From contig JAYOZP010000008.1 in assembly GCA_038154245.1 (NCBI GenBank), forward strand, positions 1,831 through 65,830: 64,000 nt of DNA, written 5' to 3'. The stretch is from Nitrospinales bacterium. Its GTDB lineage: Bacteria > Nitrospinota > Nitrospinia > Nitrospinales > JAJDAT01. Both the position numbers and the translations under genes were made by a program. Positions within the stretch are counted from its first letter, which is position 1. Each line of letters begins with the position of its first letter. The notes beneath the pieces are model-generated. The model made no database searches and was not told where the DNA came from. It worked only from the letters and a program-made list of their open reading frames with translations. Shown piece after piece: positions 35,083 to 44,054 of the stretch.

Positions 35083-36714
35083 TTAACAACCAGGCTTACC
35101 AGCGCCTCCGTTATCCAAAAAATCGGCTAATACAGAAACTTGTTTCGCTTGTTCTTCGTCTTCGATAATTTTTTCAATCTCTTCGTCGCTTTTATCAGCA
35201 AAAATTTCAAAAATGCGATCCACAACAGCGCCGCTACGAACGTCGGCAAATCTAGGATTTAACCGTCTTAACGCAGAAAACGGTATTTCACCTTCTAACA
35301 CTTCTTCAATAAACTCGGCTAAAGGGGATTCATTCGCTTCGGCAGCCGATACAGTTGTTGAGCGAATAGTGCGGTTATAACTTCCTCCATTTGTGATGAT
35401 ATTATCCGGATTATTTCCCGCTGGAGAAATTGCATTTCCAGTTATGTTTACATTTCCTCCTTCCGTTCTGATAAAACTATTTGAACTTAAATTGAAACCG
35501 CCGCCATCAGTTTGATCTGAATCGGCAACAGCGGTGAATGAACTATTAAATCCAGAAACATGGGCTTCAAAGCTCGACCCGGAAACAAAGTTGATATTTT
35601 CTTTGGCCGTTAGCGAAATGTTTTCATGGAATACTATATTAGCTCCAATTCCAAAAATATCGTCGCCAGAAATAAACTCAGTCTCCTTATGCCCTAAATC
35701 AACATCGCCGAAATTTATATTTCCTGAAGAATTATTTCCAACTGTTAATTTTTTGGCTCTTAATGAAATTATTTCATTTTGAGTAAGAACGATATTACAT
35801 CCAGTGGTCGCTATACAAATTGATCTATTCGATGAAAACGGCTTAATCGTAATCGTCCCAGAACTCGGACCGTTTATAAAAGAAAATGTATCCGTCGAAA
35901 TTGAAATGGGTACACCAAAGGTATCGCCTCCAGAACTTGTAAACCCGCTGAGCAAATCAATTTCGTTGGCAGTAACCGAAGCATTTCCTCCAGCGGTTGC
36001 GACAAAGATATTTGGATCTTGCTGATACTTCCCTGAAGCGGCGCTAGCGGAGTAGTTTCCCCCTCCAGTCAAAACATTACCTGTTAAATGCATAGAAGAA
36101 CCACTGAGATTCGTCGAAGTAGCGGACAAACTAACCGCTCCTCCTTTAGATTGAATCGGTCCCACAAAAACACCGCTAAAACCATTAATGCCAATAGTCC
36201 CTCCGCCTGAATTAATATCTTTCAATGCGGAAACGCTTCCACCTGTTGATGTTAAATCAATATTTCCGCCATTGGAATTGAGTTTTCCAAGAGTCAGACT
36301 CCCTCCCGCTTTGAAAGTAATAGCTCCACCATTCGTTCTAACAAGATCATTAGTATCGTTAAAAGTAATTGCGCCGCTTGTTGTTTGAAATCTTACAGAA
36401 TTATTTGAGGTTGTTTGTAAATTCAACTCATTATCGCTTAAATTTTGAATTGTGATCGTGTTATTCGCTTCCAAAACAATGTTATTTGTTGCATTTAAAG
36501 CTTCTAATGCGGATTCGGAAATATTAAAAGTTCCAGATCCATCTGCAAAAAGAACCACGTGATCGCCTGAAATTTGACCGTCGTCAGACGCCGAAGATCC
36601 ATCTTTTATTATGATATCGTCGGGATCTAAAAGTAAGGTACCGGTTTGTCCGTTAGCGGCTGTCGTAATAACCTCCCCATTAAAATCTAAAAATCGTTTT
36701 CCCGATACTTCCAC
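35083..36714 (-). CDS. TpsA-like exoprotein paralog 1, C-terminal part (same frame as 36910-37950, separated by one TAA)
   Basis: It begins within GGFVEVSGKRFLDFNGEVITTAANG..LLLDP, colinear with residues about 410 onward of the 951-aa paralog. The segment 36715-36909 is open in the same frame. Confidence 0.75.
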   Translation of the reverse strand: MEVSGKRFLDFNGEVITTAANGQTGTLLLDPDDIIIKDGSSASDDGQISGDHVVLFADGSGTFNISESALEALNATNNIVLEANNTITIQNLSDNELNLQTTSNNSVRFQTTSGAITFNDTNDLVRTNGGAITFKAGGSLTLGKLNSNGGNIDLTSTGGSVSALKDINSGGGTIGINGFSGVFVGPIQSKGGAVSLSATSTNLSGSSMHLTGNVLTGGGNYSASAASGKYQQDPNIFVATAGGNASVTANEIDLLSGFTSSGGDTFGVPISISTDTFSFINGPSSGTITIKPFSSNRSICIATTGCNIVLTQNEIISLRAKKLTVGNNSSGNINFGDVDLGHKETEFISGDDIFGIGANIVFHENISLTAKENINFVSGSSFEAHVSGFNSSFTAVADSDQTDGGGFNLSSNSFIRTEGGNVNITGNAISPAGNNPDNIITNGGSYNRTIRSTTVSAAEANESPLAEFIEEVLEGEIPFSALRRLNPRFADVRSGAVVDRIFEIFADKSDEEIEKIIEDEEQAKQVSVLADFLDNGGAGKPGC

Positions 36715-36909
36715 AAAACCGCCGTCGCCAGAATTTGCTCCACCTTTGGCTTCGATAGCTCCATAAAATCGAGTGGTGTCGTCGGCCCAGTAGATAACCC
36801 GGCCGCCATTGCCGCTGGTGATCGCATTGGCTTTAACAACTGTTTCGGAACCGCCAAAAGTTACCCTTGCGTTTTGTACCGATCCTTTGCCTTGGTAATC
36901 GCCGCCAAT

Positions 36910-37950
36910 TTAAACCTCGCCGCCGCCTTGGTTGCCGGAAACATCGACTGATGCCGTTCCAAACTGACCTACTTTTTCGCCCAAAATGTGAACGGTACCG
37001 CCAGTTTCTCCTGAATTGGTCCCTGAAGCATCCAATGTTCCTTCGTTCGTCGCGGTTCCATTTGGTCCCGCTTCTAAATATATTGCGCCATTCCTTTTAG
37101 AAACCGACTGCGCCCTGATAATTCCAGTATTATTCACTACGGATCTAACCATCTTTTGCGCCGTGTGCGCGGTCAATAAAACCTTTCCGCCATCTGCTTG
37201 AATCGTTCCTGAATTAAAAGCTCCGTTCTCGATGGTGTTGCCATCTTTATCCACAAACGAGCCATCGACAGGTTGAGTGATCGCAAAATTTATCAAACCG
37301 TCTCCGGAAAAATCCATTGTCGCCGCTTTACCCGAACCCAATGCTATTGAACCTAAATTCGCTGTTAACATTCCCCGGTTCTCGGTTCTTGCTCCCAACA
37401 ACCCGATATAATCTGAAGCGCTTATTTGACCTTCGTTAATTACAGAAGCTAACGGTTTAGACGGATCTTGAGTAAACCGATAATTACGATTCAAAAAATC
37501 CTGATCGGAAATCTGCAACGACGTCGCCATCAAACTACGTACGTTTATTATGGAATTCGGTCCAAAAAATACTCCCGATGGGTTTGTTATAAAAATTCTT
37601 CCGTTGGCGTTGAGCTTCCCTAAAATCGCCGTTGGGTCTTGACCAATGACTCTATTCAACGCAACCGAATTAGAGCTTGGCTGATTAAATTGTACCGATT
37701 CAGATTGGCCAATATTGAACCCTTGCCAATTGGTAATCATTTGGTTTGAAGATTGATTGATGACCATGTTTTGGCTATTGAGTTGTTGGATATTTCCATT
37801 CCCTCCGACTATTTGACCGTCTTGCGGCAAAGCAAATAACAAAGCAGGGAAATAGCTCATTAAAAAAACTAGAAACCCCACCCAAAATGGAACCAAATAA
37901 TAAGACAACGGTTTGATCGGTTTAAAATCTGTATTTATTTTCATCACCAA
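36910..37950 (-). CDS. TpsA-like exoprotein paralog 1, N-terminal part: signal peptide + haemagglutination-activity (TPS) domain; ends at premature TAA
   Basis: LLFALPQDGQIV...NQMITNWQGFNIGQSESVQFNQPS..ALNRV...NANGRIFITNPSGVFFG; about 90% identical to paralog 2. Confidence 0.8.
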   Translation of the reverse strand: MVMKINTDFKPIKPLSYYLVPFWVGFLVFLMSYFPALLFALPQDGQIVGGNGNIQQLNSQNMVINQSSNQMITNWQGFNIGQSESVQFNQPSSNSVALNRVIGQDPTAILGKLNANGRIFITNPSGVFFGPNSIINVRSLMATSLQISDQDFLNRNYRFTQDPSKPLASVINEGQISASDYIGLLGARTENRGMLTANLGSIALGSGKAATMDFSGDGLINFAITQPVDGSFVDKDGNTIENGAFNSGTIQADGGKVLLTAHTAQKMVRSVVNNTGIIRAQSVSKRNGAIYLEAGPNGTATNEGTLDASGTNSGETGGTVHILGEKVGQFGTASVDVSGNQGGGEV

Positions 37951-37977
37951 AAACTCAAAGATTTAAAATTTTATTAA

Positions 37978-40833
37978 TTAACATCCCGGATTAGGAGTAA
38001 CTTTATCCAAAAAATCATCCAAAACAGATACTTGTTGCGCCTGTTCATTATCTTCAACAATTTTTATAAACTCTTCCGGTGGTAAATCAGGGAAAAGGCC
38101 AAAAATAAGTATAGTTTCATCATCGATTGGAATATCGGGAAATAAAAATGGGTCCAAAATATTAGGAAACGGATCTTCCGGAAATGGAAACGGAAACGGA
38201 TCTTCCGGAAATGGAAACGGAAACGGATCTTCCGGAAATGGAAACGGAAACGGATCCTCTTCTAGAAAAAAAAATGGATCAAATGAATCTACACTGGCGA
38301 AAACTGTTGGTAGTTCTAATGTGGTTAGAACACCACCATTCGTATTAATTTGGCCAAAAACATCTACAAAATTACCGGTTAAATTGACATTACCACCTCT
38401 TGTGGTGATTGAACTGCTATTATCAATTGTAAAAACGCCGCCATTAAGTCCATCTGAGTCCGCTGTCACCGTAACAGACGCGCCAAAGCCCGAGACATGA
38501 GCCTCAATACTTGAACCTTTAGAATTGGAATCTATAAAAAAACTAACATCTTCTGCCGCGTCAAAGCTGATATCGTTATAAAAAAGGATATTAGCTCCAA
38601 GAGCCGTTATACTTTCACCAGAAATAAAATTAACCTTTTTTGGTCCTAAAATAACATCGCCTAAATTTATATCTCCGGTAAAAATATCTCCAATATTTAA
38701 TTTGGTGGTTCTTAAAGAAATTATCTCACTTTGGCTCAAATTGATAAAACAACCTGTTTTTCCAACACAAATTGAATCTCCTGGTATCGATGAAGCAATA
38801 GTGATACTATCGGTAGGTTCAGCGCCAGTATTAAACGAAGTTGAATAGGTATTAATGGACGAAGGAACTCCAAAAATATCATTTTTACCTGTAGAACCGC
38901 TAAGAAATTCAAAATCGGAAGCTAATAAGCTAACCGAACCGCCATTAGTTTTTACAAACATTGGGAAATCTTGAGTGTAGGTTCCCAAACCAGCATCGGC
39001 AGAAAAATTTCCACCTCCTGTCAAAATATTTCCCTTTACATTGATTCCAGAAAAAGCAAATAGATTGACATCGCCGCCTTTAGAATCAATACCCTTGGTA
39101 TCAATAGAAAACCCCGAGGTTAAATTTATATCGCCGCCATTCGATTTAAGCGTACCTAATGTCAAAGAATCGCCAGCTGAAAAAGTTATCGATCCTCCTT
39201 GTGTCTGAAGAACATCATTGGTGTCTTGAAAGGTGATTGACCCAAAACTAGCTTGTAAAGTTACGGAATGTCCAGATACTTGCTGAAGGTCCAACAAATT
39301 ATCGTTTAAATCTTGAATGGTAATACTATCCTCAGCTTGCAAAACGATATTGGTAGTCGAACTCAAACTTTCTAAGGTTAATTCTCCAATCTCGAAAGGT
39401 ACTAAACCTCCATCAGCTTCTAAAATCTCTCCAAGAGGGCTTCCTGTTGATATTTCTGGGTCGTCATCGGCAGTACCATTTACAATATCAATAAACTCCG
39501 GATCTAAGAGCAAAGTCCCGATTTCGCCATTCGCGGCTGTGGTTATAACTTCGCCATTAAAATCAAGGAATCGTTTGCCCGATACTTCCACGAAACCACC
39601 ATCGCCTGAATTAGCGCCGCCTTTAGCTTCAATCGCGCCATAAAACCGAGTGGTGTCGTCGGACCAGTAAATCACTTTGCCGCCATTGCCATTATTTATC
39701 GCGTTGGCTTTTACAACAGTGTCTGGACCGCCATAAGTAACCAGAGCGTTTTGAACCGTTCCTTTTCCCTGATAATCCCCGCCAATTAAAACCTCGCCCC
39801 CGCCCTGGTGGCCAGAAACATCGATAATAGCTTTGCCTAATTGCCCTACTTTATGACCTAAAATACGAACGCTACCGCCCGTCTCTCCTGAACCAGTTCC
39901 CGATGCGTCTAAAGTTCCTTCGTTTGTTGCGGTACCATTTGGTCCCGCTTCTAAATAAATCGCGCCGTTCCTTTTAGAAACCGATTGCGCTCGAATAATG
40001 CCAGTGTTGTTAACCACCGAGCGAACCATCTTTTGCGCCGTATGTGCGGTCAATAAAACTTTGCCGCCATCCGCTTGAATAGTTCCCGAATTAAAAGCAC
40101 CGTTCTCAATCGTGTTGCCGTCTTTATCTACAAACGAACCGTCAACGGGTTGCGTGATTGCAAAGTTAATCAAACCATCGCCAGAGAAATCCATCGTCGC
40201 CGCTTTACCAGAGGCTAAAGCAATCGATCCTAAATTGGCCATCAACATGCCACGATTTTCGGCGCGCGGTCCTAGCAAGCCGATGTAACCCGAAGCGTTT
40301 ATTTTTCCTTCGTTAATTACAGAAGCTAAAGGTTTCGAAGGGTCTTGAGTAAAGCGATAATTGCGGTTCAAGAAATCTTGATCGGAAATCTGCAACGACG
40401 TCGCCATTAAACTACCAACATTGATAATTGAATTTGGACCAAAAAACACTCCTGACGGATTGGTCACAAATATTTTTCCATTGGCGTTGAGCTTCCCTAA
40501 AATCGCCGTTGGATCCTGACCTATCACTCGATTCAATGCGACTGCATCGGCGCTTGGCTGATTAAATTGCACCGTTTCAGTTTGACCAATATTAAAACCT
40601 TGCCAGTTAGTAATCATCTGATTCGAAGATTGATTGATCACCATGTTTTGGTTGTTCGGTTGTTGGATATTTCCATTTCCCGCGACTATCTGACCACCTT
40701 GCGGCAGGGCAAATACCAAAGCAGGAAAATAGCTCATTAAAAAAACTAGAAGTCCAACCCAAAAAGGAACCAAATAATAAGGCCACGGCCTGAAAAATTT
40801 AGAATCTTTCTTACTATTCACAGTCAAAAACAT
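37978..40833 (-). CDS. TpsA-like large exoprotein paralog 2 (951 aa), intact
   Basis: Signal peptide and TPS domain as above, then the GGFVEVSG...LLLDP module, a beta-helix-like G/N/T/S repeat region, (PFPFPEDPF)n, and a C-terminal ...NPGC. Confidence 0.85.
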   Translation of the reverse strand: MFLTVNSKKDSKFFRPWPYYLVPFWVGLLVFLMSYFPALVFALPQGGQIVAGNGNIQQPNNQNMVINQSSNQMITNWQGFNIGQTETVQFNQPSADAVALNRVIGQDPTAILGKLNANGKIFVTNPSGVFFGPNSIINVGSLMATSLQISDQDFLNRNYRFTQDPSKPLASVINEGKINASGYIGLLGPRAENRGMLMANLGSIALASGKAATMDFSGDGLINFAITQPVDGSFVDKDGNTIENGAFNSGTIQADGGKVLLTAHTAQKMVRSVVNNTGIIRAQSVSKRNGAIYLEAGPNGTATNEGTLDASGTGSGETGGSVRILGHKVGQLGKAIIDVSGHQGGGEVLIGGDYQGKGTVQNALVTYGGPDTVVKANAINNGNGGKVIYWSDDTTRFYGAIEAKGGANSGDGGFVEVSGKRFLDFNGEVITTAANGEIGTLLLDPEFIDIVNGTADDDPEISTGSPLGEILEADGGLVPFEIGELTLESLSSTTNIVLQAEDSITIQDLNDNLLDLQQVSGHSVTLQASFGSITFQDTNDVLQTQGGSITFSAGDSLTLGTLKSNGGDINLTSGFSIDTKGIDSKGGDVNLFAFSGINVKGNILTGGGNFSADAGLGTYTQDFPMFVKTNGGSVSLLASDFEFLSGSTGKNDIFGVPSSINTYSTSFNTGAEPTDSITIASSIPGDSICVGKTGCFINLSQSEIISLRTTKLNIGDIFTGDINLGDVILGPKKVNFISGESITALGANILFYNDISFDAAEDVSFFIDSNSKGSSIEAHVSGFGASVTVTADSDGLNGGVFTIDNSSSITTRGGNVNLTGNFVDVFGQINTNGGVLTTLELPTVFASVDSFDPFFFLEEDPFPFPFPEDPFPFPFPEDPFPFPFPEDPFPNILDPFLFPDIPIDDETILIFGLFPDLPPEEFIKIVEDNEQAQQVSVLDDFLDKVTPNPGC
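38165..38258. repeat. 27-bp tandem repeat, about 3.4 copies, coding (PFPFPEDPF)n in paralog 2
   Basis: ggaaacggatcttccggaaatggaaac is repeated perfectly three times (38165-38245), followed by a partial copy. Confidence 0.95.
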
Positions 40834-40843
40834 AAAAATTAGT

Positions 40844-41881
40844 TTAAGGAGCGCACGTTGCCGCTACCGCAGCAAAAGGCACATTGACTGGCTTGGCAAA
40901 AGCCGCCCCGATATCCGGACCCGCTACGCTTACGAAGTCGGCTACAACGGAATCGCCTCCTCCCGCATTGGAATCCTGAGAACTTGAAGAATCTCCACCG
41001 CTAGGACTACTAGAACTTGAGTCAGAACTGGAACTGCCGCTCGATTGCGAAGTTGATTGCTGACCTGTGCCGCCTGAGCCTTGGTTAAACATAGAAGAAG
41101 GTAGGCTGGTTCCAATCCGGCCTAAAACGACAGTACTTATCGAATTAAAATTATTATTCGACATCGTCTGGGGAACTGTTGGCGCTTGTCCTTGCGGAAT
41201 TGTGCTGACGCTATTAGCTCCCACCAACTGATTACCCGCAATATTAGGATCGACATTGGAAGCGCTCATAGCTCCGGTCTTGTTGGCAACAATTGTTTTT
41301 GTGGCAGAGGAGCTAATAAAACCAAAGGTACCTCTAGACGATAAGTTTGCCGTTGGCGTTATAACCTTAAAACTCGAATCTTTATTTTTTTGGCTTTTAT
41401 TAATGATGTACATGGAAAGCCCTTTGGCTACATTGATCACTCCTTTTCGGAATTTTTGGGACTTATCCAATTGATAGGAACCTATAGACATGCGAGAGTT
41501 TGGTCCCAAAGCCAAAAGACTGTTGTCGTTAAATTTTATTTTTAATCGACTGCCTCTTTTTGTGCGGAAATTATCCGATGCGTAAACTTCTTGTTTGAAT
41601 TTAGCTTTTTGCCAAACCGCATCTGGATCAAAAGAAACTGGTTTAATACTTAATTTACCTGGAGCGGCCTTGGCTACAGGTTCAGAACCTCCCCCTGCTT
41701 TCATTTCCACGGTGCCAATGATTCCAATTATGGTTCCAATGGGTTTTTCTTCGGCAGCCCAGACAATCGACCCGAAATGTGAAACCGTAGATCCAAAATG
41801 GGAAACAAAGAGCGCAAAAATTACCGACCAAAACACTTTTAGACTAAAAATAGGACGCGAAAAGTTTGTGAAGTCCGTCAT
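40844..41881 (-). CDS. Secreted FecR-domain protein with Ser/Gly-rich tail (FecR-1)
   Basis: Signal peptide; GTVEMK...W..AKFKQEVYASDNFRTKRGSRLKIKFNDNSLLALGPNSRMSI and FKVITPTANLSSRGTFGF (FecR pattern); low-complexity C-terminus ending ATCAP. Confidence 0.8.
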   Translation of the reverse strand: MTDFTNFSRPIFSLKVFWSVIFALFVSHFGSTVSHFGSIVWAAEEKPIGTIIGIIGTVEMKAGGGSEPVAKAAPGKLSIKPVSFDPDAVWQKAKFKQEVYASDNFRTKRGSRLKIKFNDNSLLALGPNSRMSIGSYQLDKSQKFRKGVINVAKGLSMYIINKSQKNKDSSFKVITPTANLSSRGTFGFISSSATKTIVANKTGAMSASNVDPNIAGNQLVGANSVSTIPQGQAPTVPQTMSNNNFNSISTVVLGRIGTSLPSSMFNQGSGGTGQQSTSQSSGSSSSDSSSSSPSGGDSSSSQDSNAGGGDSVVADFVSVAGPDIGAAFAKPVNVPFAAVAATCAP

Positions 41882-42030
41882 TTTTCTCCCTCTATTAAAA
41901 AAAATGTCGAATAATTATTTATATTTAATTAAATTATTGTAAATTTAAACAAAAAAATCAAACTTATAATTTACGATTCAATCGCTTTTTAGTTTTATGT
42001 ACATTAATGATGCCAATTTCTCCAAAAAAT

Positions 42031-42046
42031 AAGGAGATAGATCACA
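42031..42046 (-). promoter_or_regulatory. 16-mer TGTGATCTATCTCCTT, copy upstream of FecR-1 operon
   Basis: The minus strand reads aaatgtgatctatctccttatttttt, 150 nt upstream of the FecR-1 start. Confidence 0.45.
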
Positions 42047-42207
42047 TTTCTTAAGATTTCTCAGGTTTATTTCGGGCTATAAAATAGAGTAACGCTAAGA
42101 ATTTTCGTCTAAAGTCCTCAATTAAGCGAGTCTCTAATAATTGGAGATTTTAGCTTGAGGCAACTCGCTTGCCTTTTGTTTGCAAAGGCAGCTCGTGGCC
42201 AAATTCA

Positions 42208-42229
42208 ATTTTTAGAGGTTCCCTTAAAA
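42208..42229 (+). promoter_or_regulatory. 22-nt near-palindromic motif, copy 2
   Basis: atttttagaggttcccttaaaa in the divergent FecR-1 / KAS intergenic region. Confidence 0.45.
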
Positions 42230-42373
42230 GCAGAAATAAAGAAATGGCTTGAAAAATACCCTTTCTATATGCTAATTTCTCCCTCTTTATCCATATTATA
42301 GTGGGTTCCAGGGCTGTAATGATTTAGCGCCTGTTTCCTAATGGGACGTTTGGCATTTTTACCTCGAAACTGA

Positions 42374-43624
42374 ATGGTTGACCAAAAAAACCCAGACTGG
42401 CGGATTGTCATCACGGGTGTTGGGCTAACCTCTCCTAACGGCAACAATCTCGCGGAGTACAGAGAAAATCTGCTCCAAGGAAAATCGGGTATTGAAAAAA
42501 TTGATATCCGGTATATGGGAGAAGTATTAGCCGGAGTTTGCAATTTCGACGAATTCAAATACCAAAAAAAGAAAGAACGAAGAAGAGGAACTCGGGCGGG
42601 TTCGGTTGGAATTTATTGCGCCCATGAGGCTATTTCAGATAGCGGAATTGAGTTTGATTCGTTCGATAAATCTAGAATAGGTATTTATTGCGGCGTCACA
42701 GAACATGGCAATGTTGAAACAGAAAACGAAGTTTTCAACATAAGCCAATACGATTACGACGTTAAATATTGGTCGCACCATCACAATCCGCGAACGGTAG
42801 CAAATAATCCCGCTGGGGAGATTTCTCTTAATTTAAAAATTACCGGTCCTCATTATTCGATTGGCGCTGCTTGCGCGGCTGGTAATTTAGGAGTGATCCA
42901 GGGATGTCAAATGTTGCGGCTAAAAGAAGTCGATATGGCTTTAGCCGGGGGTATTTCGGAAAGCATCCATACATTTGGTATCTTTGCTAGTTTTAAAAGC
43001 CAAGGAGCTTTGGCCTGGCATGAAGATCCAGAAAGGGCCAGTCGCCCTTTCGATTTAGATCGAAACGGAATTGTTTGTTCTGAGGGAGGATGTTTATATA
43101 CATTAGAGAGATTACCGGACGCTCAAAAAAGAGGAGCTAAAATTTACGGAGAAGTGGTTGGATACGGCGTTAACTCCGACGCGGTTGATTTTGTGCTACC
43201 CCAACCTAAAGGGCAAACCGATTGTTTAAATATGGCGTTAAATAATGCGGGGTTGAAAGCGGACGATATTAATATAGTAAATACCCATGCAACTTCGACT
43301 CCACAAGGCGATATCCAAGAATGTATAGCAATTCGCAACGTTTTTGGTAAAAGTAAGAATGTTTGGGTTAATAACACAAAAAGCTATATCGGGCATGCAA
43401 TGGGCGCCGCCGGAGCGCTTGAATTGGCGGGAAACCTGCCGGCGTTTGAAGATAAAATTGTACACCCTACTATTAATGTTGATAAATTGGACCCAGAATG
43501 CGCTTTGGACAACCTGGTTATTAACCAACCAAAACAGATTGAGCAGGTAAATTACATATTAAATAACTCATTTGGCATGCTCGGTATCAATTCCGCTTTG
43601 ATCGTGAAACACTTTGAAATATAA
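42374..43624 (+). CDS. Beta-ketoacyl-ACP synthase (KAS I/II type)
   Basis: Cys-His-His triad context: SIGAACAAG, NTHATSTPQGD, KSYIGHAMGAAG. Confidence 0.9.
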   Translation: MVDQKNPDWRIVITGVGLTSPNGNNLAEYRENLLQGKSGIEKIDIRYMGEVLAGVCNFDEFKYQKKKERRRGTRAGSVGIYCAHEAISDSGIEFDSFDKSRIGIYCGVTEHGNVETENEVFNISQYDYDVKYWSHHHNPRTVANNPAGEISLNLKITGPHYSIGAACAAGNLGVIQGCQMLRLKEVDMALAGGISESIHTFGIFASFKSQGALAWHEDPERASRPFDLDRNGIVCSEGGCLYTLERLPDAQKRGAKIYGEVVGYGVNSDAVDFVLPQPKGQTDCLNMALNNAGLKADDINIVNTHATSTPQGDIQECIAIRNVFGKSKNVWVNNTKSYIGHAMGAAGALELAGNLPAFEDKIVHPTINVDKLDPECALDNLVINQPKQIEQVNYILNNSFGMLGINSALIVKHFEI

Positions 43625-43668
43625 TAGGCGGTAAATTTGAGCAAGGAATCATTAGAGGAGTCTAATAA

Positions 43669-43932
43669 ATGACGAGAGACGACGTTAGAAATGCGGTCAT
43701 TAGAATTCTGGCCGATATTGCGCCGGACGAAGATTTTGATGGATTGAACGACGAAGAGAAATTGCGAGATCAGTTTGACTTGGATTCGATGGATTTTCTA
43801 GACATCGTTATGGAGTTGAGGAAACGATATAATATCGAAGTTCCCGAAGCCGATTACGAACGTCTCGTCACCATGACAAGCTGTATCGATTATTTACAAC
43901 CTCTTCTTAAAAACCAGCAAATGGCTAGCTAA
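43669..43932 (+). CDS. Acyl carrier protein
   Basis: 87 aa with the phosphopantetheine site DLDSMDFLDIV. Confidence 0.85.
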   Translation: MTRDDVRNAVIRILADIAPDEDFDGLNDEEKLRDQFDLDSMDFLDIVMELRKRYNIEVPEADYERLVTMTSCIDYLQPLLKNQQMAS

Positions 43933-44054
43933 AAAGCTCAATCTTCGGCTGTTCTTTCCCCCTATTAGAACAGCCTCGCCTCGAAAAATTTAATACCTAG
44001 CCGTGTTTTTTTACCCCTCCCCATAGAATTTTTACTGAAAGCTCATAATTAAAT

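Noticed and set aside
36910-36912. TAA as a reassigned or readthrough sense codon
   Set aside because: TAA terminates several conserved genes in this same window at their expected ends (pyrH, frr, uppS, rpsB). The paralog shows that the ancestral codon was TTA.
42265-42558. 97-aa minus-strand ORF overlapping the KAS gene start
   Set aside because: It is antisense to a strongly supported KAS N-terminus (VITGVGLTSPNG) and has no features of its own.
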